A DNA stretch of 64,000 nt, taken from the NCBI GenBank assembly GCA_965207075.1, contig CBDBLO010000002.1:1280001-1344000 (forward strand), read 5' to 3'. The translations under genes and the position numbers were made by a program. Within the stretch, counting starts at the first letter, position 1. The number at the start of each line of letters is the position of its first letter. This document shows positions 29,992-38,831 of the stretch, piece after piece. Under the pieces are notes generated by a model that worked only from the letters and a program-made list of their open reading frames with translations, made no database searches and had not been told where the DNA came from. Origin of the DNA: Nitrosopumilus sp. GTDB lineage: Archaea > Thermoproteota > Nitrososphaeria > Nitrososphaerales > Nitrosopumilaceae.

Positions 29992-30607
29992 CCTGAGGCA
30001 GAATGGGAAAGTCCGAGCTACTGCATGGCTGGGCCGCGCGCCTTGGTGATTCATGCAGCTTCCGTTTCATCAGAAACATCTGCAAGGGAGGTGAGATGAA
30101 AGGATGAGGATAAGCATGGGAATCGACATTGAAAAGAGAGTACGTGATTACTGCATAACAAACGGAAGGGGAGGGGTCTTGGAGCGAGGACAGTGCCTCA
30201 ACACGCAATCGGACGCAAGGCGGTGCGCGCGGCCAACGTGTACTCGTACAGGGTGCTGCTCCGGATGTACGCGCTCAGTCCTGGCGACGCGCAAGACGAC
30301 CTTGTGCTGAGGAAGTACGTCAGAAGGATAAGGCACTGCAGGCGAGATTGTGGAGATTGACAAGCATGGAGGCCGAAGCCGTCCAAAGCGAGGATCCGTA
30401 CATGCGCAAGCTGTCCGGGATACAAAAAAGGCACCGGGGCAAGGACTGGCCATTGCGCGTGCACATGTACGGACTGACCCCGGCGTTAGCTGTGAACAGC
30501 ACCCCGCCCAGCCTAGGCGTGAACCGGACGCAAGATTGGAAAAACCGGCAGGCACGTCCCGGTGTTACCATGGGAGTACGGGCAGGGGCTTAACCCGAAC
30601 TTTTATG
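29992..30607 (+). pseudogene. Degraded IS110-family element remnant (boundaries approximate)
   Basis: GGAGGTGA SD at 30087-30094; MRISMGIDIEKRVRDYCITNGRGGVLERG resembles the DEDD IS110 N-terminus; further fragments in other frames. Confidence 0.55.
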
Positions 30608-30647
30608 TCAAGATTCATAAGGCAATAATTCTTCCATTCTCCAAACT

Positions 30648-32378
30648 ATGAAAACGTCTTTGGAATCCATCGGCACCTTGGAGTATGTGCTTGATCGGTA
30701 CTCCAAAGACTGGACGTGGAAGGTCACAGGCGACAGGGCCGTCAGCATGATCTCAAGGCTTGTTCCAAACGCGTGGTATGGCGAAAACGCAAGCGAGGTG
30801 ATCATACCCGATACGGCCGAGAGCGTGCGCCACATCAAGATGATGCTTGACAGATACCCTCTTGTCATACGGTCAAAGTCCGCATGGCAGCGAAAGCTGA
30901 CGCGTACCCTGTCTCCGCGCCCCGTGCTGAAGCCCATCTCGCACAAGCTCAAGCGTGCAAAAGCCGGCCAGCAGTTCAGGGGCAAGCTGCTGAACTTTCA
31001 AAAGGAGGGGCTGGACTTTCTGCTAAAATCATCGGGAAACGCGCTTCTTGCCGACGAGATGGGGCTTGGCAAGACGGTCCAGACGCTGGCATACGCGGCA
31101 ACTGAGAAGCAGTCGTTTCCGGTGCTGGTGGTGGCCCCCCTGGTCACGCTCAACAACTGGGAGGCCGAGATCGCAAAGTTCCTAAAGAGGAAGAGCCGAA
31201 ACGGCCGGATTGTAGACGGCGACTCGCCCTCTGTTGCAATGATAAGGACGGGCAAGCGCGACGCGCTTCCGAGATCCGACATTTACCTGATAAACTACGA
31301 GCTCCTCTACAAGCGGCGCGCCGACCTTGCCGAGACGGGGCTGCGTATGATAGTGTGCGACGAAGTGCACAACCTGCGCTCAAAGACCACCCAGAAATAC
31401 AAGGCAGTCAAGGAGCTTGCGGCGCTCGACTCTGTCAAGTACCGCATAGGGCTCTCCGGCACCCCGATATACAACCACGGCTCGGAGATATGGCCGATCG
31501 TCAACATCATAAAGCCCGGGCTGCTTGGCAGCTTCAAGGAGTTCTGCGAGTACTTCTGCTACGTCGACACGAAGGGAAAGGCGATCGTCCTCGAGAGCAA
31601 GCGGGCCTCGCTCCGAAACGAGCTGCAAAAACACGTCATGCTGCGCCGCAAAAAGTCCGACGTGCTCAAGGAGCTGAAGGACAAGGTGCGGTACAAGGAG
31701 GTGGTGGCGTCAAACTCGGACTACTACTTGGAGGAACTCGACAAGATATGGGCAAAGCTCACGGCCGAGCAGAAGGTCGCAAAGGACGAGTTTGAGCGTT
31801 CGGCCTCATACCAGCGCGCAATCAAGAGCGAGCGGCAGGTTGCAGGCATTGCCAAGCTGTCGCACGTCATAAACTTCGTCAAGAACATCATGGAGATCGA
31901 GGAGAGCGTGGTGGTGTTCTGCCACCACAAGATAATTCACAAGATGCTCAACGACAGCCTCAAAGAGTTCTCGCCGGTCTCCATAATCGGGGGACAGACT
32001 GACGCGGTGCGCAACGATCAGATCTCGAAATTCCAGCGCGGCGATTCAAAGCTGATGATCGCCGGGATCAGGGCCGGCAACGTGGGGATAAACCTGACTG
32101 TTGCAAAATACGTGATATTCGCAGAGCTTGACTGGAGCCCGGCCGTCCACAGGCAGGCCGAGGACAGGCTGCACCGCATAGGGCAGAAGAACACCGTGTT
32201 TGCGTACTATCTGATAGGGAGCGGAACGCTTGACGACCAGGTGGCCGGCGTGCTTGTGGATAAGAGCTATGAGATTGACGAGATAATGGACGCGACTGCG
32301 GACAACTTTGAGAACCGGAACAAGTCGGAGTTCATACTGGCCCAGATACAGGACAGGCTGAAGACGGGTGGGCGGTAA
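30648..32378 (+). CDS. SNF2-family helicase/ATPase (SMARCAL1/HARP-like)
   Basis: ADEMGLGKT, DEVH, LSGTP, QAEDRLHRIGQ. Confidence 0.95.
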   Translation: MKTSLESIGTLEYVLDRYSKDWTWKVTGDRAVSMISRLVPNAWYGENASEVIIPDTAESVRHIKMMLDRYPLVIRSKSAWQRKLTRTLSPRPVLKPISHKLKRAKAGQQFRGKLLNFQKEGLDFLLKSSGNALLADEMGLGKTVQTLAYAATEKQSFPVLVVAPLVTLNNWEAEIAKFLKRKSRNGRIVDGDSPSVAMIRTGKRDALPRSDIYLINYELLYKRRADLAETGLRMIVCDEVHNLRSKTTQKYKAVKELAALDSVKYRIGLSGTPIYNHGSEIWPIVNIIKPGLLGSFKEFCEYFCYVDTKGKAIVLESKRASLRNELQKHVMLRRKKSDVLKELKDKVRYKEVVASNSDYYLEELDKIWAKLTAEQKVAKDEFERSASYQRAIKSERQVAGIAKLSHVINFVKNIMEIEESVVVFCHHKIIHKMLNDSLKEFSPVSIIGGQTDAVRNDQISKFQRGDSKLMIAGIRAGNVGINLTVAKYVIFAELDWSPAVHRQAEDRLHRIGQKNTVFAYYLIGSGTLDDQVAGVLVDKSYEIDEIMDATADNFENRNKSEFILAQIQDRLKTGGR

Positions 32379-32409
32379 ACCGGGGGCTGTCCCCGCACAC
32401 GCTGCGCCG

Positions 32410-33072
32410 CTATGACTCGCCTGGCGCCGCACCCGTCTCGGACTCTGCGTGCGACGCCCCTATCATGTCGCGGAGGCCCGATATCTTTTGTAATACGGCG
32501 CGCCGCTCGTCTGCTGACATCGTACTCGACGCGGATACGATACGCTCTATCTCGTTTATGAGGTTGTACGTGCCCGGACCCTTTGGAATCTGACTCGCGT
32601 ACGTGCCGTCCCCCTCCTTTGATATGGCGTCTATCCTCTCGATCCCCTCTGGGAGTATCTCGTACACCTTCTGGGGGCTGCCGTCGCGTACCTGTGGGGC
32701 CACCATTACAAACCCCTCCCTCTGGAGGCCCCCGAGCGCCTCCTCAAGCGGGCCGTTCCTGCCGATCCGCAATATGGCCATCATGTCTACGATGCTGCAC
32801 GAACGTATCTCAAGCAGGCGCAGTATCCTTGCCCAGAGCGGTATCGAGTCTGACCACAGTATGGCGCGTGCAGCGTCCGTCATGACGAACGAGCCGCTGT
32901 CCTTCTCAAGCCGCAAAAGGTCCCTGTCTCTGAGCGATGCCAAGGCGTCAAGTATCCTGCCTACTCCGAGCCTGCTGAGCGCAGAGTGCTCGATTGCCGA
33001 CTCGTTGATGCTGCCGCCTGACGCTGCCGCAAGCTGCAGTACCTCCAGGTCTATGGTGCCGAGCGTTCTCAT
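32410..33072 (-). CDS. Tandem winged-helix hypothetical protein
   Basis: Two wHTH-like segments (LASLRDRDLL; LQREGFV...YEILPEG). Confidence 0.65.
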   Translation of the reverse strand: MRTLGTIDLEVLQLAAASGGSINESAIEHSALSRLGVGRILDALASLRDRDLLRLEKDSGSFVMTDAARAILWSDSIPLWARILRLLEIRSCSIVDMMAILRIGRNGPLEEALGGLQREGFVMVAPQVRDGSPQKVYEILPEGIERIDAISKEGDGTYASQIPKGPGTYNLINEIERIVSASSTMSADERRAVLQKISGLRDMIGASHAESETGAAPGES

Positions 33073-33333
33073 GCATGTGGTTGTGGCATGCCGTGTATAT
33101 CAATCTGCGACCGCCCGTATTCCCACGGTGGCGACGCCGGGACTGGCGGCGTAGCGCCATGCGGGCTGATCCCCCCCCGTCCCTACAGCTCGGAGTATGC
33201 GCCATTGATGACTTTGGAAGCGGCGCGTGCAAGAGAGCCTGTCGCGGGGCGGTAGTGCGATTTCAATATGCTCAGATTATATTGCCCGCAGCTGGCCATA
33301 CCCCTCGTCTGCGGGACGTCCCCCAAAAACGGA

Positions 33334-34656
33334 GGCTGCATCCGGCGGTTATATACCACGTCGAACAACCGCGGTTCCAATTTGACCATATGAAGAACGG
33401 AGATTTGCGCTCCGGTGGGAGTCACTGCACAAGACACGCAAAAACCCCTTCAAAAAAGGTTAAACGGCGTACAGTCCAACCAACCGTGCGCAGGCTGCGC
33501 TCCGCATGCATTCTCTTCGGAGGTCACTAAATGCATGCTCTAGGCCGCAACGGCCTCGAGCGACTGGCGCGTAAGCCTGCCGCTCCTTACATCGTGCCGC
33601 GCGATCAGCTCGATGTTGTAGCATATGATGCGGGCCGCCATCTCCCTGCGCTGGTTGTCCTTCCGCCTGCACGTGACGTAGCTGCCGTACATGGTCTTGA
33701 TTGCCCCGAACACGGCCTCTATGACGCTGCGCTGGTGGTAGTGCCGCTTGAACTCGGGCAGGTCGTCGTTGTACAGGTCCACCATCACGCGCCACGGCCG
33801 GCTGCCGCGGGCGTTGTGCGACGTGTTCTTCTTGGGCTTGATGTACGGCGCAAACCCCATGCCGGCAAGCCGGCTGCACATCTCCCTTGCCAAATACGCC
33901 GAGTCCAGGCAAAAGTCCGCGCTTCCGTCCGCGTCCAGGCACGGCCCGAACCGGTCAAGCAGGGTGCGCATGCCCGCGATGTCCGAGACGCGGCTCCGGG
34001 TCACGAAATAGTCGGTGATTACGCGCGACCCGACGTCTACTACGGCGTGCAGCTTGATCCAGCCCTTCCTGTGCCTGACCCTGTCGGTCCTGAAGTCGAC
34101 CCACCTGTCGGACCTGCGCTCCGCGACGCCCGTGGCGTCGCCGGCGTGCACCCTGCCGCGCTCCAGCCCCGACGCCACCCTCCTGTGCACCTCGTAAAAG
34201 TACGACTCCGGTATCCTGGCGTAGGCGTCGTTGATGGTGCTCGCCCCGGGCGTGCCGCCGGGCCCAAACCCGATCCTTTCGGCCACGTCCGGGTGGGCGC
34301 GCAAATACGACGCGGCCACGTGAAACGTCTTCCTCTCGGCGTCCCGTATCATGCACGCGACGGCCATGGCCCTGGGCGGATATCCCCGGGGGCCGCCTAT
34401 TCCGGGCCTGTTTACGTAGGGTGCGTCAAGCTCGCCCACGATCCTGACCATGGTGTTGAGTATCAGTCCCGAGAGGTGCCCCTTTACCAGGTCGTACGCC
34501 CGCTGATCACGCTTCTCCTCTGAGGTCACTGGACATGATCAGATCCGCTGATCTATATGCGCAGTTTTTAGAAAAGCAAAGCATATTGTAAAATTTTTTG
34601 ACGTTGCAGATTCTAACCTATCCACTTAATCGAGTATATAACCGCCGGATGCAGCC
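33334..34656 (-). mobile_element. IS5-family (IS903-like) insertion sequence, 1323 bp
   Basis: Perfect 23-bp TIR GGCTGCATCCGGCGGTTATATAC (33334-33356 / 34634-34656); 9-bp TSD AAAAACGGA at 33325-33333 and, beyond the nested IS481, 36009-36017. Confidence 0.9.
33540..34529 (-). CDS. IS5-family DDE transposase
   Basis: GDATG, WIKLHAVVD, LDSAY, YHQRSVIEAVFGAIK (YREK-like) motifs. Confidence 0.9.
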   Translation of the reverse strand: MTSEEKRDQRAYDLVKGHLSGLILNTMVRIVGELDAPYVNRPGIGGPRGYPPRAMAVACMIRDAERKTFHVAASYLRAHPDVAERIGFGPGGTPGASTINDAYARIPESYFYEVHRRVASGLERGRVHAGDATGVAERRSDRWVDFRTDRVRHRKGWIKLHAVVDVGSRVITDYFVTRSRVSDIAGMRTLLDRFGPCLDADGSADFCLDSAYLAREMCSRLAGMGFAPYIKPKKNTSHNARGSRPWRVMVDLYNDDLPEFKRHYHQRSVIEAVFGAIKTMYGSYVTCRRKDNQRREMAARIICYNIELIARHDVRSGRLTRQSLEAVAA

Positions 34657-34664
34657 AAAAACGG

Positions 34665-36001
34665 TGTAGAGTCGGAAAATGATGTCACGGTGTGTCGTGA
34701 CATTGCTCCACGCATGCCTGGACTCCATATGAATTTTGAATTCCCGGTTCCGCTGGGCCAGCCCAAGCGGCCGGCAGCGTGCCCGACGTGCGCGAACTGC
34801 CGCGAAAGGTACGCTTTTACATGATCGTGCGCAGCATACGCTGGAGGGTCCTACGGCGGGGTTGACTGAGGTGTCTTACCCGTCGTCATCCTTGTATGAC
34901 CGGCCCTCTGGGAGCCTCCGCTCGCGGTATGCGTCCGCGGGCGTCTGCCCGTACAGGCTGCCGTGCGGCTTGTTGTTGTGGTTCCTGACGAACCTGGCAG
35001 TCGGGTCGCTCTCCATTGCGGCGGGGGCGCCAAACGGGGCCGCCGTGCCCGGCGGTCCCGCAACGTCGGCAAAGTGCCCGACCTTGTACTTGTACTCCTT
35101 GAACACGCGCTCCGCCTTGCCATTGGTCTGGGGATGCCCCACGCGCGCCAGGATCTGCTTTACGCCGGCGTCCCCGAGGTGCTCCTCAAAGTGCGTGCGC
35201 CCCCTTTCGCGCTTTGCCTCGGACTCCATGGCGTAGAACTGGGATCCGTGGTCGGTCAGGACCGAGTACGGCGTCCCGTGCGCCAGGCAGGCCTGCTTGA
35301 AGACCGCGGTGGCGTTCTCGGACGTGGCGCGGTCAAACACGCCGTGTCCGACGATGTACCGGGACGAGTCGTCCACGTATACGATCAGCCACCTCCCGTC
35401 CTCCAGCTGCGTATAGTCCGCGTGCCAGAGCGTGTTGCTGTGCCTCCGCTCGTACCTCACGTACCTGCGCTGCCTCTTCTTGGCGCGCTCCTCGCGCGCC
35501 AGCCCGTTCTCAAGCAGCACCCGGTGCACTACATCCTTTGGGACGTGGTCCCCCGCGTTCCTGATGTGCCAGTATGTGGCAGACGCGCCGTTTACGACCC
35601 GGCCGAACGCGGCCAAAACCGCGGAGTGCTCCCTGCGCCCCGGCTCGCCCTTCCGGTGCCTGCCGGGGCGCCTTGGAAGGTACAGTATCCGCCCCGTGTC
35701 GAGGCGCCTGAACCGGCTCCAGATGCGCTGCACCTGCCTTATGCAGACCTTCAGGATGCCTGCAATCGTCTTGTTGCTTGTCCCCCTCCTCTTTTCGCGG
35801 ACGATGAACCTTGCGTCAAGCGTGTCCAGCTTGCGTATGGGCTTCCTGCCCTTCTCGCTGGCGGTCTTGAGTATGCGCTCGGTCTCCTCCCTTTGTTCCT
35901 GTATGAGGACATGTTCGTCATACTTGGTTTGAGGTGTCATTACGCCTCCCTCCATGTCGGCTCTCTTATGCGTCGGGGTGACATGATTCCCCGACTCTTC
36001 A
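34665..36001 (-). mobile_element. IS481-family insertion sequence, copy 1 (1337 bp)
   Basis: Imperfect ~24-bp TIRs TGAAGAGTCGGGGAATCATGTCAC / TGTAGAGTCGGAAAATGATGTCAC; 15-bp TSD TGCAGCCAAAAACGG at 34650-34664 and 36002-36016. Confidence 0.95.
34876..35940 (-). CDS. IS481-family transposase (HTH + rve integrase core)
   Basis: WHADYT, LTDHGSQF, PQTNGKAERVF DDE triad; ATG preceded by GGAGG. Confidence 0.92.
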   Translation of the reverse strand: MTPQTKYDEHVLIQEQREETERILKTASEKGRKPIRKLDTLDARFIVREKRRGTSNKTIAGILKVCIRQVQRIWSRFRRLDTGRILYLPRRPGRHRKGEPGRREHSAVLAAFGRVVNGASATYWHIRNAGDHVPKDVVHRVLLENGLAREERAKKRQRRYVRYERRHSNTLWHADYTQLEDGRWLIVYVDDSSRYIVGHGVFDRATSENATAVFKQACLAHGTPYSVLTDHGSQFYAMESEAKRERGRTHFEEHLGDAGVKQILARVGHPQTNGKAERVFKEYKYKVGHFADVAGPPGTAAPFGAPAAMESDPTARFVRNHNNKPHGSLYGQTPADAYRERRLPEGRSYKDDDG

Positions 36002-36024
36002 TGCAGCCAAAAACGGACAAATGC

Positions 36025-36031
36025 TTTTAAA
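36025..36031 (+). promoter_or_regulatory. Putative TATA box for the 36055 gene
   Basis: TTTTAAA 24-30 nt upstream of ATG. Confidence 0.55.
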
Positions 36032-36054
36032 CCCAGGACTGCTGTGATCCTCAT

Positions 36055-38286
36055 ATGAATTACCTTTTCATTATTGCCGCAATATCCGTGGCCCCCCTTC
36101 TAGTGACGGGCTCTGGCCCAAGTCCCTTGACCGAGGCTTTTGGCGCAAACAACGACGTATGCGGACTGCAACTCTGCTCCGAGATTGAGGGCGGCCGCGA
36201 CGCATGGGTTGCGGCGCAGGCAGGCGAGCCGGCCAAGGACACCCCGGACGTTGACGTTGCTGGCATCACAGTGCCCCTTCACAAGGGGTATTATGACGGC
36301 CAGGCCGCATATTACATCATAACGGAGGCAAGCGAGCGCGTGCATGCCGACGTGATCACCCGGGCCCAGGGGTGGACTGTCGAGTACGTGCCGTCCTTGG
36401 CGTCGGTTCCGGAGGACGTGCGCTCTGTCACATACATGTTTACAAACGGCGTGCGCGGCAGCGGCGTGCACGGATTCCAGAGTGAGGTCTTTACATCGGT
36501 TCCGGGACAGGACGACTATTCGCCGCTGGCCGGACACATACACGTGACGTGGTACGAGGGCGTGCTTCCAAGGATATTGACATCCGAGCAAGCCATACTG
36601 TCGGCCGCCGAGGCGGGTGACCTGGAACTGACCGAGCTTGACGTCGTGATTAACATGCCGCGATTCACAATGTCGCTGGTGCAGTCAGAAACACTGGACA
36701 GGACGCCTGAGAAGATACTGCGGGTGCCGCTTCACTATGGATTTTACGACGGGCAGAAGGTGTACAATACGATACTGGAGTCCAGCGACAAGACGCACTC
36801 CGAACTGGTGACAAGGCTGCAGGGACTTGACTCTGTGCACGTGCCAATGCTTGCAGACGTCGGTGCCGCCTCCGTCTCAAAGGTATATTTCTTCACGAAC
36901 GGCATAGAGGGACCCGGCGTGCACGGGTTCCAGAGGCAGGTGTTTACGTCGGTTCCGGGCGACGAGGCGTACAGTCCGCTCTCCACGCACGTGCACGTGA
37001 CGTGGACCAACGACGCGGATCCTCGACTCCTAACGTCCGAGGACTCGATTATGGCCGCAGAGGGATCCGGCGACGTGATTCTGACTGAGATTCCTATTGT
37101 AATCAGCATGCCGTTGCTGTCGCTTGATGCAAAGCAGGTTATGGAGCTTCCAAAGAACTTTGCACCATACGATGCCGCGATGGAACCCATGGCGCAAGAA
37201 GAAGAGGAGATGACGTCACAAGAGGGAGGAGAAATGATGGCGCAGGAAGAGGAGATGACGTCACAAGAGGGAGGAGAAATGATGGCGCAGGAAGAAGAAG
37301 CAATGATGGAAGAGCCAAAAGAGATGAAGCTGAGGCTTTCGAGGGCCAACGTTGCCGTAGACATTCCATTGCACATGGGATACCATGAGGGACAGGACGT
37401 ATACTATGTCATCACGGACACTAATGACGAGATCCATGCCGGCATAATCACCGAACTCCAGGACTGGAGGGTCGAGATGGCGCCCTTCCTTGGGAACGCC
37501 CCCGATGCGGCGCTCTCCACGACATACATGTTTACAAACGGGGTCGAGGGTGACGGCATACACGGATTCCAGAACCAGGTGTTTACAAGCACCCCGGAGC
37601 AGGCGGACACGTACAGCGCACTTGCCGCCCAGACGCATGTGACGTGGGCCGACTCGGCCGCCCCGCGCATACTTGATTCGGAGGCCGCCATAATGGAGGC
37701 TGCCGACGCCGGCGAGGTATCGCTTGACGACATCGGCGTGGTGATCAACATGCCGCACATCGTATGGCCGGGCGGACAGATGGTGGTAAAGGAGGATGCA
37801 TCCATAAACGACGACACGCCGTACGGAGGGGGGCAGATACTTGAAATCGACACTGAGGAGATGACCGTAACGTTTGTCGCCCACCGCGGATGGGGCCCTG
37901 ACGGGCGCACCATATACTATATAGTGACAGACGCCACGCCGAGCGGGCCTGCCAACATGATGGGGGTCGTCTCTGCAGACACTTCTGCCGCACTCATTGC
38001 AAACTCTGCCGCAGTTGACCTGTACCAGTTTGCAAACGGCATTGCCGGTTCCGGTCCTCTGGGATTCCAGCCCGGCATTGCAAGCTCTGCCCTTGGCGAT
38101 GCGGGGTATTCGCCCATGTGGCGCATCTATATCATAGAGTGGAAGGATCCTGCAGACGCGAGACTGTTAGAGACTACGGGCGACATCCAGGCATACCTGG
38201 AGGAGGGGCTGATAACTGCCAGTCTGGCCCGTCCGATGGACAGCGACCACATTGTCAACTGCCCGTTTGTCGATCCGTTCCAGTAA
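36055..38286 (+). CDS. Large secreted acidic protein with four internal domain repeats (DUF7482-like) and Met/Glu-rich linker
   Basis: Signal peptide; repeats of PLHxGyxxG.xxYY...FTNG.xGxGxHGFQ...YS..W...RxL. Confidence 0.8.
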   Translation: MNYLFIIAAISVAPLLVTGSGPSPLTEAFGANNDVCGLQLCSEIEGGRDAWVAAQAGEPAKDTPDVDVAGITVPLHKGYYDGQAAYYIITEASERVHADVITRAQGWTVEYVPSLASVPEDVRSVTYMFTNGVRGSGVHGFQSEVFTSVPGQDDYSPLAGHIHVTWYEGVLPRILTSEQAILSAAEAGDLELTELDVVINMPRFTMSLVQSETLDRTPEKILRVPLHYGFYDGQKVYNTILESSDKTHSELVTRLQGLDSVHVPMLADVGAASVSKVYFFTNGIEGPGVHGFQRQVFTSVPGDEAYSPLSTHVHVTWTNDADPRLLTSEDSIMAAEGSGDVILTEIPIVISMPLLSLDAKQVMELPKNFAPYDAAMEPMAQEEEEMTSQEGGEMMAQEEEMTSQEGGEMMAQEEEAMMEEPKEMKLRLSRANVAVDIPLHMGYHEGQDVYYVITDTNDEIHAGIITELQDWRVEMAPFLGNAPDAALSTTYMFTNGVEGDGIHGFQNQVFTSTPEQADTYSALAAQTHVTWADSAAPRILDSEAAIMEAADAGEVSLDDIGVVINMPHIVWPGGQMVVKEDASINDDTPYGGGQILEIDTEEMTVTFVAHRGWGPDGRTIYYIVTDATPSGPANMMGVVSADTSAALIANSAAVDLYQFANGIAGSGPLGFQPGIASSALGDAGYSPMWRIYIIEWKDPADARLLETTGDIQAYLEEGLITASLARPMDSDHIVNCPFVDPFQ
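37201..37290 (+). repeat. In-frame tandem duplication 2 x 45 bp (EEEMTSQEGGEMMAQ)
   Basis: GAAGAGGAGATGACGTCACAAGAGGGAGGAGAAATGATGGCGCAG twice. Confidence 0.9.
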
Positions 38287-38399
38287 TGACTGACGGTGCG
38301 GAGCGCGCCATACAAATGTAATCCAAAATGTTCAATATCTAAAAATATTTTAAGTAATAATGTGGTTTTGTTTATTAATTATTGCCGCGTATATGGCAC

Positions 38400-38774
38400 A
38401 TGAGCATAGCAGGAATGTACATGCTCAACACCAGCAGGTACGACGAGGAAAAGGTGGAGCAGGCGCTCGAGATGCTGTACGTGGACCGCAGACACGAGTT
38501 CCGGACCCTCTCAGAGGAGCTCTTGTCCGAGAAGGCCCTCGAGTCCATGCCCAACTGGCGCGAGTTTGTCCTCAACTTTAGCCTGGACGTTGAAGAGGCG
38601 TTCAGGACGTGGACCGGTGACGCGCCCCTTGTGCCAAGCTCGCCGCAAAAGGCTCTGACGCTGCTGCGCCAGCTTGGCCATGACAAGACCTCTATGAACG
38701 AGCTTGCACACCTTCTCAACCTCTCGTTTAACCTCTCGCTGGAGTTCAAGGAGATCTACAGGCGCCTGCGATAG
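38400..38774 (+). CDS. Conserved hypothetical protein
   Basis: Helical ~124-aa ORF after an AT-rich promoter region. Confidence 0.7.
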   Translation: MSIAGMYMLNTSRYDEEKVEQALEMLYVDRRHEFRTLSEELLSEKALESMPNWREFVLNFSLDVEEAFRTWTGDAPLVPSSPQKALTLLRQLGHDKTSMNELAHLLNLSFNLSLEFKEIYRRLR

Positions 38775-38831
38775 CGCATCGTCGCGGCGCCGTCCCCTGT
38801 TTTCGCATGTGCCGCGCGCCGTTGGCGCCGC

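Noticed and set aside
30648-32378. SNF2 helicase as part of a defence island
   Set aside because: Stand-alone, with no methylase, nuclease or other defence genes adjacent. It looks like a core thaumarchaeal gene.
33334-34656. The IS5 or IS481 transposases in this window as mobiliser of the TnpB element
   Set aside because: TSD lengths (9 and 15 vs 8) and terminal sequences differ. The shared GTATATAA (IS5) and GGGAATCAT (IS481 sub-terminal) words are short and at different distances from the ends.
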